DNA of 64,000 nt, taken from NCBI RefSeq assembly GCF_004010195.1, contig NC_057720.1, forward strand, positions 28,807,986-28,871,985, in the 5' to 3' direction. How positions within the stretch are numbered: position 1 is the first letter of the stretch; the number at the start of each line of letters is the position of its first letter. Position numbers and translations under genes: made by a program. Source of the stretch: Chiloscyllium plagiosum. Taxonomy: Eukaryota. This document shows, in pieces, positions 26,398 through 38,981 of the stretch. The notes below the pieces were generated by a model that saw nothing but the letters and a program-made list of their open reading frames with translations, was not told where the DNA came from and did not search any database.

Positions 26398-27079
26398 AGG
26401 CTAAATTTCGGCCACACTCAGGATCTCCACATCAAGACAAAACGCTGACCCTGCGTTTACCAGCAGTTTGACCAATTTGGTAATCTCCTGATTGGCTGGC
26501 TGCAGACCTGACATCACTGTAATGAGAATGAGCAGTCTCCTGGTGCTGCCAGTCCTTCCTGGAGTCTCAGCATTTCCACCGGGAGAAGGGCATACTGCTG
26601 AGGTACATCAGAGACTTCTCAACACTCCAAATTGCAGGCATCCTCTGACAGGTGAATAAATGTTAAAACTTAAGAAGCAGCGAGAAGGGTTTAGGCCTCC
26701 AGGAAGAAAGGCAACCCCTCCAGTGGCAGGTGATCATCATGATTTGGAGTCTGTTTTTCATGCCTGCTGCTCCCTCTTTGCCCGTGTTGCAGTAGACCCA
26801 TGGGCTGCCATGACACTGTCTCAATGAAGATGGCTACCATCTCATATTAGTGTTCCACTATCACCAGAATGTCATTGGCCGAGTTAACTGACTATTTTTG
26901 GGTATTATTATGCAAATTAGACCCCCACTTCCATGGAGCAGTCAGACAGTCCACTGCACAGACCGTCACTGGGACCATCCTGTTTGTGTGCAGTGATGAA
27001 AAGCCAACTTGATGTGGCTCTCCACCATTTCACCACAGCACCATTATCTTACCACCTGGGGATTAGGAAAATTTAACCC
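26398..27079. mobile_element. Probable PIF/Harbinger-like non-autonomous element
   Basis: Degenerate terminal inverted repeats AGGCTAAATTTC ... GAAAATTTAACCC. Confidence 0.35.
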
Positions 27080-28044
27080 ATTAACTACCTTCATCTCTCC
27101 ATGGATGTTTATTGCACTGCTGGGTGCTTATGTTTTTTATCAGCCTGGGTTAGTATTCTCAACTCATCAATATTTATTGAGTTCTTCCTGTTTTATTTAA
27201 ATAGACATGTTTACAATTTTAGTAGTGCACCATTCTGCTATATTAACAGCTGTAAGGAACTGGAACAGGATATTCTCTGATGTTGTTTTGAAATTAAAAG
27301 TCTTGTGTGCAGTACAGAGCTACTTACGTATCTCTGGAGCACTTACACTCTTTAAACATGAGATGGGAGATGGGGCACAAGGAAGAGGAAGAGGGGAATG
27401 GATCAGGTGGTGGTTTTATGACTGAAATGTTTTCATATCCAATGAAATTCAGACAGTAGGTCCAGAATCAGCCCATTGCTATTGCTTCATTGAATCTTTA
27501 TTGGCTGTTTAAACTTATTGAGGGATATTTTCATCCCTTTGTTCCATGCAGTGCTTAATGCAAAAATCTGTCTGTTGAACTTATCTTTTGTACTGATGCA
27601 AGAGCACTTTGAGAAAAATTTTCTCTATTCTAGTTGGACGTAAAGCATGATAAGGAAAAATCTATACAATTACATCTGATTGCTGCTATCGGCTTTGCTA
27701 CTGGTTCCACAGTGTACGTTAAAAAATGAAGCATTTGCATATCTTGTTATTTGCATATCTTGTTATTTGCTTATTTTTCTTTGGCAGTGAGACTGGATTG
27801 ATGCAAAACAAACATAATTTCTTGTACTTGATGTATATGTTTTGTCCATATTATTCAACTACTACTCTGAATTTCAAATATTTAAAGCCTTCTTGGTTGC
27901 AATGCAATTTTCTTTTTTCTCCTTTGGGCAATTGTTCACAATGATATTGCTATAGAAGTCAATCTTGCCGCTTGCACAGTTTTGAAGAGCACCATTGCTG
28001 AAACAGCACCTTGACTGTAACAGAAGGCCTTAACCACCCGGTGC

Positions 28045-28144
28045 CCGGAGGAAGAACGTTCTCCAACCCCACGGCATCAATGTGGATTTCACCAGTTTCC
28101 TCAATTCCCCCCCCCCTACCTTATACCAGTTCCAACCTTCCAAC
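28045..28144 (+). mobile_element. Short PLE fragment (end of GIY-YIG coding region)
   Basis: GAGGAAGAACG...CAACCCCACGGCATCAATGTGGATTTCACCAGTTTCCTC matches the reverse complement of about 41670-41780. Confidence 0.7.
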
Positions 28145-28420
28145 TAATCCAGAAACTCTACTAATGTTCTGAGGACCAAGATTCCCCTGCATGGCAGATG
28201 GTGGAATTTGACTTCAATAAAGAATCTGGATTTAAGAGTCTAATGATGACCATTGAAGCAATGCTGATTGTCAGAAAAACACATTCAGTTCACTAATGTC
28301 CTTTAAAAAAGGAAATCTGTCATCCTTACTTTGTCTGGCTGACATCTGACTCCAAACACACACCCTCTGGGCAATAAATGCTGGCCCAGTTAAAGATGCC
28401 CTCATTCCATGAGTGAATGC
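28145..28420 (+). mobile_element. tRNA-derived SINE, second family, with LINE-family-B-like tail
   Basis: ATGGCAGATGGTGGAATTTGA...TTCACTAATGTCCTTTA...GGGCAATAAATGCTGGC...GATGCCC. Confidence 0.75.
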
Positions 28421-28434
28421 AAATTACTACAAAT

Positions 28435-28780
28435 TGGGAGTAAAAGTGGGTCATTTACCCCCTCAAGTTTGCTCTGCCATTCTATAAGATAGTGGCTGGT
28501 CGGTATGTGTTTTGAATTCAACATTCTTACCTGAGATTAAAAAAAGACTTTGCAACTCTTTCCTAAAAAGATGACCCCTAACTTTAAAAATGGTGTCCCC
28601 GGACCGATCCAGAAGAGGAAACAATCTTTCCACATTCGCCTTCTCAAGATGATTCGGAATCTTTTTCATTTCAACCAAGTCAGTGGAAACAAGTCCAGCC
28701 TGTTCAACCATAACACAACCTACTCTTTCCAAGTAACAACCAGTAAACCTCCTCTGAACCAATCTCAACACATTTACATG
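28435..28780 (-). mobile_element. Decayed CR1 3' fragment
   Basis: ORF 28463-28771: LRLVQRRFT...NVERLFPL. Confidence 0.65.
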
Positions 28781-28794
28781 TTATAATGTTTAAG

Positions 28795-31700
28795 TCTAGG
28801 GATTATCAAAGGAGTAAAGGCCATTCTGCATGTTGATCAGAAAGCAATTCCAAGAGTCTGCAAGATCCACCCAGTGCCATTTGTGTTACGGGCAAAAGTA
28901 GAGGTAAAACACATTCAGTTCACTAATGTCCTTTAGAAAAGGAAATCTGTCATCCTTACTTTGTCTGGCTGACATCTGACTCCAAACACACACCCTCTGG
29001 GCAATAAATGCTGGCCCAGTTAAAGGTGCCACTATCTTATAGAATGGCAGAGCAAACTTGAGGCTGGAAAGCGAAGGAATCATCAAACCCAGTCCAGTTT
29101 GTGGAATGGGCAGCACCAGTCGTACCAACTGGGAAGCCCAATGAGCTGGTTCACCCTTGTATGGATTTTAAACAAACAGTAAACTGCTTTTCACAATTGG
29201 ATGAATACCAATCCCTTGCATTGAGGATTCTTTAGCAAAGCTAGCAGGGAGGCTGCCTTTCACGAAACTGTACATGAGCCATGTGTACCTGTAATTGCAG
29301 TTAGATGAGGATTCCCAGAAGTATTAATACCCATAAAGGTTTGTACCAATATATGAACTGCCATTTGGGGTATTGTCAACCTGTGCAAGTTTTCAGCGGA
29401 CAATGGAGGACATTTTACAAGGTCTATGCCAGGTTGCCATTCATCTAGATGATGTATTAATAACAGGGAAAACCAATAAGGAGCACTTAGAGAGTTTGGA
29501 CAGAGTTCTGAGATGTTTCTTCCAGACAGGTTGTATGCCTTAGAGACATGTGTGTTCCAGGCAGCCTAAATGACTCACTAGGGCTACTGAATCGACAACA
29601 TCAAGTTACATCCATGGAAGATAATGTGAGAGCGTTCAAAGGAGACCTTGCTCCCACATCAGAACTGGAGCTAGGTCTTTCCTTAGGCTGGTGAACTATT
29701 ACGGAAAGTTCATACGTAGCCCGCCCTCCATTCTGGCATCTCTGTATCAGGTCTTTAAAAAAAGCCGGCCTTGGATATGATCATGTAGCCAAACCATAAC
29801 CTTGAGGGGAGTGTAGAAACAGTTATCATCCTGTAAGGCTTTGGCACACTATGATCCCAAGCGAGATCTAGTATTGACATTGGGGTAGCATTAGTTCGTA
29901 GGTGACCCAATGGAGAAGAATGCCCAATAGCATATGCATCCAGGATTTTGGCTAATGCAGAGTGTAAATATGCCCAGAGACAGAAGGAAGTCTTGCTGGT
30001 CATATTTGAAGTCAGGAAATTCCACCAATACTTTTACGGACTTAAATTTGTAATAATAACAGACCACAAACCCCTGCTAGGTCTACTTAAAGAGGAAAAG
30101 GCAGTGCCAACCATGCCTTCAGGCTGAATTCAGTGGTGGACTCTGATACTAAGTGTCTATAATTACAAATTGGAACAGCATCTGGGAGGCCAAGTAGCAA
30201 ATAAAGATAAATTGAACCGCCTCCCGTTAGCAGATACACCACCATTGGTACTGCCACTAGAAGAGTCCATAATGGTTTTACATTTTCTGTACACGTTTCC
30301 TGTCATAGCTGACATATCAGATTTGGTTGCAGAAAAATGCCATCCAGGCAAAACTGAAACAACTGACGGTTTTAGATTAGATTTAGATTACTTTACATGA
30401 TTAGATTACTTTACAGTGTGGAAACAGGCCCTTCGGCCCAACAAGTCCACACCAACCCGCCGAAGCGCAACCCACCCATACCCCTTACCTAACACTACGG
30501 ACAATTTAGCATGGCCAATTCACCTGGCCTGCACATCTTTGGACTGTGGGAGGAAACCGGAGCACCCGGAGGAAACCCACGCAGACATGGGGAGAATGTG
30601 CAAACTCCACACAGTCAGTCACCTGAGGCGGGAAATGAACCCGGGTCTCTGGCGCTGTGAGGCAGCAGTGCTAACCACTGTGCCACCGTGCTGCCCATAA
30701 GTGATGGGGGAAACCAAAGAGCTGTCACAACCAGAAATGAAATCTTTTTGCAACTGGAGAGACCAGATCACAGTAGAGGATGGCATATTATTATGGAGAG
30801 CAAGAGCGTTTGTCCCGATTAACCAGATACTGTTTAAAATCCACCAGTCCCCCAAGGGTTTCCAAAATTAATATGTTGGCTAGAAGTTTTATCTGGTGAC
30901 CAGGATTGGATGCAGTTATAACTACATAGGTGGGGCAGTGCCCAGAATGCCAACAAGAACAAAGATTACTGCCAGCAGCTCCCCCATATTGGTGGGAACA
31001 GCCAGGTAACCTGGACTCAGTTACATTTTGACTGTGCAGCTCCTTTCATGGATTCAAAGCTTTTAGTCATTGTGGATGACCACTCAAAATGGTTGGACGT
31101 GTAGAGAGTTCATTTGTCAAATACGGGGAAAATAATAGAAAAACAATGGCATCATTTGTAATACACTGACTCCTGGAAGATAGTGGACCATCGTTTACCA
31201 GCAGGGAGTTTGAGTATTTCCTAAAAAATGATATTCATCATGTCAGGACAGCTCCATCCACCTTCCAATGGCCTAGCAGAAAGAGGAGTCCAAATTTTGA
31301 AGGCAGGCTTAAAGAGATAGCCTACAGCTTCACTAGGTAACAAACTGTTCCAGTTCCTATTTGATTAGAGAATCACCCCTCATGAAACTACAGGGATAGC
31401 TCCAGCAGAGTTGCTTAGGGGGAGAAGACTCTCCACCAGGTTAATCTGATCTTCCCAACCCGGATGAAGCATTAGGAATGCCAATGCCAGACTCAAGACT
31501 CGGCTAATCAAGAGAGACATTTTACTTCACGGGAAAAGGCTTGATGTAGGAACCATGGGAATAGCCTGCATGGGTAAGACGCTTCAATGTGAGGTCAGGG
31601 CCAGTGATGTATGAAGTTCAGGTAGGTGTAATAGTCCTGAATAAGCACGTGGACCATATGAATGAAGGAAACTCACAAACAGTGCAGGTGCAAAATGTGC

Positions 31701-31800
31701 CCAGCTCCTCAACTACTTTTCCAGCTGTTATGGAACCTGTGGGTTCTCCCTCTCTGTCAAGCATTGAAGATACCTTGGAATCTGAGATGAACATGTATCA
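28795..31800 (+). mobile_element. Decayed Ty3/Gypsy pol (RT-RNaseH-integrase order; Mag/K02A2.6-like); no LTRs recognised
   Basis: Fragments PVPFVLRAKVE, ESEGIIKP, WAAPVVP, LPFGV..FQRTMEDILQGL, HLDDVLITG, PIAYASRIL..YAQ, FVIITDHKPLLGLL, LVIVDDHSKW and PSNGLAER; many stops and frameshifts. Confidence 0.9.
30372..30697 (-). mobile_element. Full-length V-SINE (HE1-like) inserted in Gypsy pol
   Basis: Head GGGCAGCACGGTGGCACAGTGG, B-box-like GGTTCATTTCC, V-domain and (TCTAA)n tail. Confidence 0.93.
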
Positions 31801-32289
31801 TTGATATTTTGTTGCCAGCCCTGATCCCATTGCAGTCATGTCTCAGTTGATTGAATTTGTCTTCATCACAGTAGCATGCTGTAAATTAGTGCTTCCAGAA
31901 TCTATTAAAATCAAAAATAGTTTGTTACTATAATAAATTCACAGTGTTAACTAATGTTTTGTAATGAAGTGAAATTTGCTGTATTGTTTGTAATTTCCTG
32001 TAACTATGTTTTAACATTCTTCAGTTTTAGTTTTGATAAATTTGAATCATGTTCCATACCAAATGTAGATTTTTAATTTTACCATTACCTGATGCTTAGG
32101 AGAGTTAAAGATTTCTTGAAGCATTTCCAGAAAATAAATTATTGTCAGGGGAAATTATAAAGAAGCCTGGACAACTGTACAGTGCAAAGTACCATGCCCA
32201 TTATGGCATTGTTTGGTTCACAGGGAACAATGGATCAATTGCTGGAAAAGCTCATGATAGTAAGCATGAATTGTCTGGTGAGAGCCTGA

Positions 32290-34620
32290 AGATCACAAAG
32301 TCACAGATGTGTTACAGTGCAGAGGGAAGCCATGCAGCTCTTCAATCAAGTGTCATTACCTAGTGTGAATCTCGTGCCTTTTCCCCATACCCTTTCAGAC
32401 TATTTCTATTCAAATAATCATCCAATGTGCTCCTGAATACCTCAATTGAACCCACCTCGACCACATTTCCAAACAGTGCATTCTATGCCCTAACTATTCG
32501 CTGTGTGGATAAAGTTTTTTTAATTCATGTCAATTTTGTTTTTTTAAATCTACATGCCCTTTCATCTTGTTCTTTTACAAATGTGGAAAAGCTTCTCCCT
32601 TTCTACTCCATCCAGCTCACTCATGATTTTCAAAACCTGTCTCAAATCTCCTCTCAGCATTCTCCTCTCCAAGGAGAACAGTCTTAACTTCTTCAATCTA
32701 CCTTCATAGCTGAAGTTTAAATTCTCCAGCTGAAGTCTAACAAGTGTAAATTAGTGCTTCCAGAATCTATTAAAATCAAAAATAGTTTGTTACCATAATA
32801 AATTCACAGTGTTAACTAATGTTTTGTAATGAAGTGAAATTTGCTGTATGGTTAGTAATTTCTTGTAATTATGTTTTATCATTCTTCAATTTTAGTTTTG
32901 ATAAATTTGAATCATGTTCCATCCCAAATGTAGATTTTTAATTTTACTATTACCTGATGCTTAGGAGAGTTAAAGATTTCTTGAAGCAAGTGCAACATCA
33001 TGTCCTTGATCGTGTATGCTATGTTCATATTAATAAAGTCAAGAACACAGTATGCTTTATTAATTCCTATCTCCACCTGTCTGCCACCTTCAATGACTGA
33101 TGTGCACATACACTGAGGTTGCTCACCTCCTGCACCTCCTTTAGAATTATACCCCCAATGTTATATTTTCTTTCAACGTTCTTCTTACTAAAGTATACCA
33201 CTGTACCCTTCTCACCTTGAACATTATCTGCCACCTATCCGACCACTTTACCAACTTGCCAATGACCTTTTCGAATTCCACATTGTCCTCCTCGCAGCTT
33301 ACAATTCTTCCAAGTTTTGGGTCATCTGCAAACTTCGAAATTGTTCCCTTCCCACCAAAATCCAGGTCTTTAATATATACAAGGAGTCCCCAATTTATGA
33401 ACGTCTGACTTATGAATGCTCACAATTACATCCAACATTCCATTTAGGTGTGTTATTTTAAATATCTGATGTATGAACATTTTCTATACTTATGAATGGC
33501 TGCTTTATATTGTCCTGTATTGTGCTCCAATTTACATAGAAATCAACTCATGAACAGACTCAGGAACATAAACAGTTCAAAAGGTGGGATCTGTTTGTAT
33601 TCATAAAATAGAGTCCCAATACTGATTGCTGGGAACTCCACTACAATATTTCTTCAGCCCAAAACTATCCATTGACAATTACTCTGTTTTCTATCATACA
33701 GTCAATTTTATATCCATGTTGCTGCTGTCCCTTTTATCACGTGACCTATAACTTAGGTCATAAGTCTGTTGTGTGGCACTGTAACAAACACCTTCTGCAA
33801 ATCCATGTAAACCTTAGCTGCAGTGTTACCCTCATTGGCCCTTTCTGTTACCTCTTCAATAAGCTCCAGCAGGTTAGTTCAAAGTAAGTTCCCTTTTAGA
33901 AATCCATGGTGGCACTTCCTAATCAATGCATCTTTTTTCATGTGACTACTAATTCTACTTTAAGCAATTGCTTCTAGAACCTTCCCCGCCATCTGAATTA
34001 AATGACCAGTCTGTGATTGCTGCAATTACCCAAAAAGACTTCAAAGAAGACCATAATGTTTGCAACTCTTCAATCTTTTGGAACTTCTACCGAGTCCAAG
34101 GAAGATGGGAAGATTATGGCCAGTGCCCCACAATTTGTTCTTTCACTTTCTTTAAAATTGTTGGATGTATCTCATTTCATACTGGCAGTTTGTCAACTTT
34201 ATTTGCCAACAATTTATCCAACACATTTTTCTCATTAATTTTGAAGCCTCCTCCTTCTACCCTTTTGTAATGACAGACGCAAAGTATTCATTGAGCACCT
34301 CAACCATGCTCCCTGTCTCCATGTGTAAAACCTCTTTCTGGTCTCTAATCAGCCCTTCTCCTCTGTTAAAGCACTTTTTTATTATTTATATACTTATAGA
34401 TTACTTTGAGATTCCACTTCATGTTAGCCACTAGTTTCTTTTTCATCATTCCTCTTTGCTTTTCTTATTTGCTTTGTCACCTCCCCTCCAAACTGTCTGT
34501 ATTCCTCTTAGTTCTCAATTGTATTTTCACGTTTACACCTATTGTACGCATACTTTTTCTTTTTAGTATTAATTTACACCTCTTTTGTTGTCCACAATCT
34601 GGATTTGTTTCTCCTATCTT
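32290..34620 (-). mobile_element. Old CR1 LINE (RT to 3' end) carrying later insertions
   Basis: Minus strand has SKFADDPKL, MDLQKVFVTVPH and GVPSNQYW-like RT remnants; tail near 32290-32330. Confidence 0.75.
33380..33597. mobile_element. Tc1/mariner (Tigger/pogo-like) MITE
   Basis: TA|CAAGGAGTCCCCAATTTATGAAC ... GTTCAAAAGGTGGGATCTGTTTG|TA: degenerate TIRs with TA duplication and internal ACTTATGAA repeats; interrupts a CR1. Confidence 0.7.
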
Positions 34621-34629
34621 TCCCTTTAG

Positions 34630-34900
34630 GGGGGCAATGCAGCGCAGACTCCCAGCTTTGAGGAAGTCCAGTGCAGACTCCCAAACTTCAGGTGAAACCC
34701 AGCATGGACTCTCTGCTTTAGGACTTTAGAACTGTAATGCTGAACTTTTACCTTTTTCTTAATTTATACTCACAATTTTGTAGCGAGGTATCTTTGGATC
34801 CAAGATAGTGCTGAAAATGGCGATTTTGTACACTGTTCACTGCGCTTCTATATCTCTGTACTTGAGTACATGTGACAATAAACCCAATTCTAATTAGAAT
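34630..34900 (+). repeat. Unclassified interspersed repeat with tandem head and TGTGACAATAAA-(AATTCT)n tail; related copy at about 12360-12595
   Basis: Both copies have short internal direct repeats (GCAGACTCCCA x2; GAGGACATCAA x2) followed by TGAACTTTTA..TTTCTTAATTT..TATACT. Confidence 0.45.
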
Positions 34901-34940
34901 TCTAATGCTAATATACCTCAATAGTACTTGGACTATCTGT

Positions 34941-35342
34941 TATAGAGTCATACAGCACGGAAACAGACTGTTCGGTCCAACTGTTCTGTGCTGAACATAA
35001 TCCCAACCTAAACTAGTCCCATCTTCCTGCTTCTGGTCCATATCTCTCCAAACATTTCCTATTCATCTATCTATGCCAAATTCTTTTAAACGTAATTGTA
35101 CCCACATCCACCACTTCCTCCTCATTCCACATGTGAGCCACCCTCTGCGTAAAAGGTTTGCCTCTCATGTCTTTTTTAAATCTCTCTCCTCTCACTTTAA
35201 AAATGTTACCCCTTGTCTTGAAATTCCCCATCCTAGAGAAAAGACAACTACCATCAACTCTATGTATACCTCTCATTATTTTACAAACTTCTATCAGGTC
35301 ACCTCTTAACCTTCTACGCTCCAGTTAAAGAAGTCCCAGCCT
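34941..35342 (-). mobile_element. CR1 LINE 3' end
   Basis: ORF 35067-35276: MRGIHRV...KTRGNIFKVRGERF. Confidence 0.88.
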
Positions 35343-35614
35343 TCTTTGAAGATGGCCCATTGTTCACTTACTGCTTTTCCTGCCAATCTCTTGTTCCAGT
35401 TAATCCAGAAAATGATACCATGGGAGTACCAGACTCTTTTCTTCTACGTATAATTAAATCAACATGTCCTTCCCTGATATCATGCATACTCCTCACCTCC
35501 TCACCATCCCTTCACCTTACTCTAAATAAATTGATACAAAATAAGTTATCTCTACTGTCTTTAGGCCAATAGCACTAACTTCATAAAATCTCAAAAGGAA
35601 CAATAATTCAATGC

Positions 35615-36448
35615 TATAGATTATCAGGTCACCTAAGATTACATAGGGATCTTGATCAATTTTGCTAATGGCTGAGGAGTGGCAGATAGAGTTTAATTTG
35701 GATAAATGTGAGGTTTTGTATTTTGGTCAAACAAACAAGGGTGGGACTTATACAGTAAACAAAGAGACCTAGGGGTTCAGGTACTTAGTTCTTTGAAAGT
35801 TGCATCACAGGTAGACAGGGTGTTCAGTATACTTGCCTTACTTGCTCAGACCTTTGAGTATAAGAGTTGGGATGTTATGTTGAGGTTGTAAAGGGTGTTG
35901 GTGAGGCCACTTTTGGAGTGTTGTGTACAGTTCTGGTTACCTTGCCAAAGGAATAATATTATTAAATTGAAAAGGGTTCAGATAAGACTTACCAGAACTT
36001 TGCTGGGACTGGAGGGTTTGAGTTATAAGGTAAAGCAGGATAGGCTGGCACTCTTTTCACTGGAGCGAAGGAAGCTGAGGGATGACCTTATAGAGGTTAT
36101 AAAATCCTGAGGGGAATAAATAAGGTGAATAGTAAAGGTCTTTTTTCTAGAGTGGCTAAGTTCAAATCTGGGAGGCATATTTTTAAGGTGAGAGGAGAAA
36201 GATTTAAAAGGGATCTGAGGGGCAGCTTTTTCACACAGAGGGTGGTTCATATGTGAATTGACTACCAGAGGAAGTGGCAGATGCAGGTACAATTAGAAAA
36301 TTTAAAAGACATTTGAATATGTACAGAAATAGGAAAGGTTTAGAGGGACATGGGCCAAACACAGGCAAGTAGGGGTAGTTTAATTTTCGGAAACTTGGTT
36401 AGCATGGATGAGTTGGACCACAGGGTCCGTTTCCGTGCTTTTTGACTA
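35615..36448 (+). mobile_element. CR1 LINE 3' fragment
   Basis: FNLDKCEV; LVRPLLECCVQFW...LERRKLRDDLIEV. Confidence 0.9.
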
Positions 36449-37928
36449 GATCTCTCTATCAGAACAGGCTTTTGTGATTTTTCTGATGTAACCAAGCCCA
36501 GGGACCATCACAAGTTATCTAGATATCCAAACACAACGCTGTTTCCAGTATTTACACAATTATATTAAAAACCCCATTATCTCCGGACATGCTACTGTAT
36601 TTTGGATGAAAATTGTATTCTAATTTCAGAAAACATTATTAACTTCATCTTATATCTAAGTACTAAGCAGTTTAGGCAGCCAAATAGGATTAAAAATATG
36701 ATTGTCTACTGAAAGAATAAAGCCTGAAAGGAAATGTCTTCATTATGCTAGCTTCTCTCCAGAGACTGATAACTGTTAAAGAGAAAATCAAACTTCCTGT
36801 TATTAGCCTAAAGGACACATGACAAAATTTCACCTTTTAAAGCTTTTGCTAACAAATGTAAGAAGAAAGCTATTGTCTGAAACTTTATTTTCAGAGGTAA
36901 GTTATGTTTTAAACAACACAATAGAATGCACCCCTTCTACTTTTACTGACAACAAACAGCTCCTCTTTTGTTTTACCTTATTCAGCCTGTTAATGTCCAA
37001 TTAAATCAAAAAGTATTTCACAGCTCCCAAGAGTTCATTTCTGTTCCTCTTCCTTTCCTTATACAATATTCCACTGTGAAATTTTTCCTGGGGATTCTCC
37101 CTCTATGTCCAGTCAGGTAAAATCTTTAGCCTGTTTACTTCCTCACAAACGTCATTTTCAAATTGAGCATTAACTCTTCTTCGCATATTGCATGAGAAAT
37201 GATGTAAACAAGATTTTCTCTGCTGAAGGTGAAGATCTGGCTAACACCTAACATTTTGCTCTCTGGTTCCCAATTGGCTACATATCACTCTAAAACCAAA
37301 CAGCCCTGTCTCTGTGGTACATCTTGACTTGTAGGGAACCTTGTAACCTGATCTCAAAATGACTTCCACCATCCCTTTCTCCATGGCAACAAGAAACACA
37401 TTAACTTTGTAAATAAGCAGATATCTTACTCAGCTACTTCTGATCATAATGGTTTCATCTTAGAAACAAAGGGACAGATTTCAACACAACCATTAACAAC
37501 CTAATATCAACATCATCATTCCAGGCCTTTCAAGCTTACAATCTTCTCATTGTTAGCTGTCCTCATTGACAGCTTGTCATTGTTTCCATAGCTGGCATCT
37601 AGCCCTCAGTCATATAATGTGAGTCTTTAATTTGTTCTGTAACAATTAAACTTCCACGTGTACTGTCAGACTCCACCAGATGTCACATGACTGCTTTTAT
37701 GTTCCCTAAATGTAAGGTACAATCCCAAACACACTCTTATAAACCAAAAGGTACAAACATAATATTTAACAAACCTCTCATTTGTAACAATTGACTGGTT
37801 AAGTAATCACAATTGCATAGATTTAAGTAGAAAACCTTTTATTTTAATAATGGGTTCAATCTGCTTAATCAAGTTCATCAGTAGACATCTATTTGTGGTA
37901 CTAGCAGTCTGTTTAGATTCTTCTATGA

Positions 37929-38071
37929 TTTGGAGATGCTATAAATTGCTATAAATTCTGTGACTTACAATTGTGCCCTCCACCACCACCTGATGAAGGA
38001 GCAACGCTCTGAAAGCTAGTGCTTCCAATTAAACCTGTTGGACTATAACCTGGTGTTGTGTGATTTGTAAC
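37929..38071. mobile_element. PLE pseudo-LTR insertion (second PLE family) with hammerhead and 15-bp TSD
   Basis: TAGAT(T/G)CTTCTATGA at 37914-37928 and 38072-38086; body homologous to the right arm of 40373-40560. Confidence 0.8.
37987..38021 (+). ncRNA. Minimal type I hammerhead ribozyme
   Basis: CAC-CUGAUGA-A-GGAGC-AAC-GCUCU-GAA-AGCU-A/GUG: 3-bp stem I, 5-bp stem II (one G-U), palindromic AGCU stem III. Confidence 0.72.
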
Positions 38072-38406
38072 TAGATGCTTCTATGAACTGTCAAACACTA
38101 AATGGTAATACCCAGCTCCATAAAAACAGCTTGTCTTAGTCTGTTTCTCTACAACTCACAGCAACTTTTGAATCCTTAAATAATCCCTCTCTTGATTGAA
38201 GTGATTATCGGAGATTTATGACACTTTTACGATTGGTTTTGCTCCCAAACAACTGGAAGAAGACTGATGGCCACAAAACTAACCGTACTGTTTGCTTGGG
38301 ATGCTATTAAGGTGATAGGATGAAGTTATGGTTAGAAGTGATTTAAAAGGAGAATGTCTTCTTATTTTCTTTCTGAAACTCTCCCATCTGACAGGAAATT
38401 TGGAGT

Positions 38407-38754
38407 AGATTAGATTATTAGATTACATTACATTACATTACAGTGTGGAAACAGGCCCTTCGGCCCAACAAGTCCACACCGACCCACCGAAGCGCAACCC
38501 ACCCATACCCCTGCATTTACCCCTTACCTAACACTACGGGCAATTTAGCATGGTCAATTCACCTGACCTGCACATCTTTGGACTGTGGGAGGAAACCGGA
38601 GCACCCGGAGGAAACTCACGCAGACAGGGGGAGAACGTGCAAACTCCACACAGTCAGTCGCCTGAGGCGGGAATTGAACCCGGATCTCCGGCGCTGTGAG
38701 ACAGCAGTGCTAACCATTGTGCCACCGTGCCGCCCACTGTGCCACCGTGCCGCT
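38407..38754 (-). mobile_element. Full-length V-SINE (HE1-like) with duplicated 20-bp head
   Basis: A/B boxes, V-domain, (TGTAA)n(TCTAA)n tail; 38715-38734 repeated at 38735-38754. Confidence 0.93.
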
Positions 38755-38981
38755 CACAGATTACAATGCATCTTTGTCAACCCATGAGCTGAATACGATG
38801 TGGGAAAACAAGCAATCTGTTGCAAAAATCAAAACATCTATCCTGGCTAATCTTTTGCTGTTTTGCTTGTTGTACCATGAACCTTTTGTTTAGTTAATCA
38901 CTCCTGTTTTCCACCCACTTTTCTTACTTCCCATTGTTCTTTTACACTTCCTTAACACCTATTTCATTTCCATCTCTAGTC

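Noticed and set aside
31880..32988. Direct repeats as LTRs of the neighbouring Gypsy pol
   Set aside because: Both copies lie on the same side of pol, with no PBS, PPT or TSD, and the second copy interrupts a CR1.
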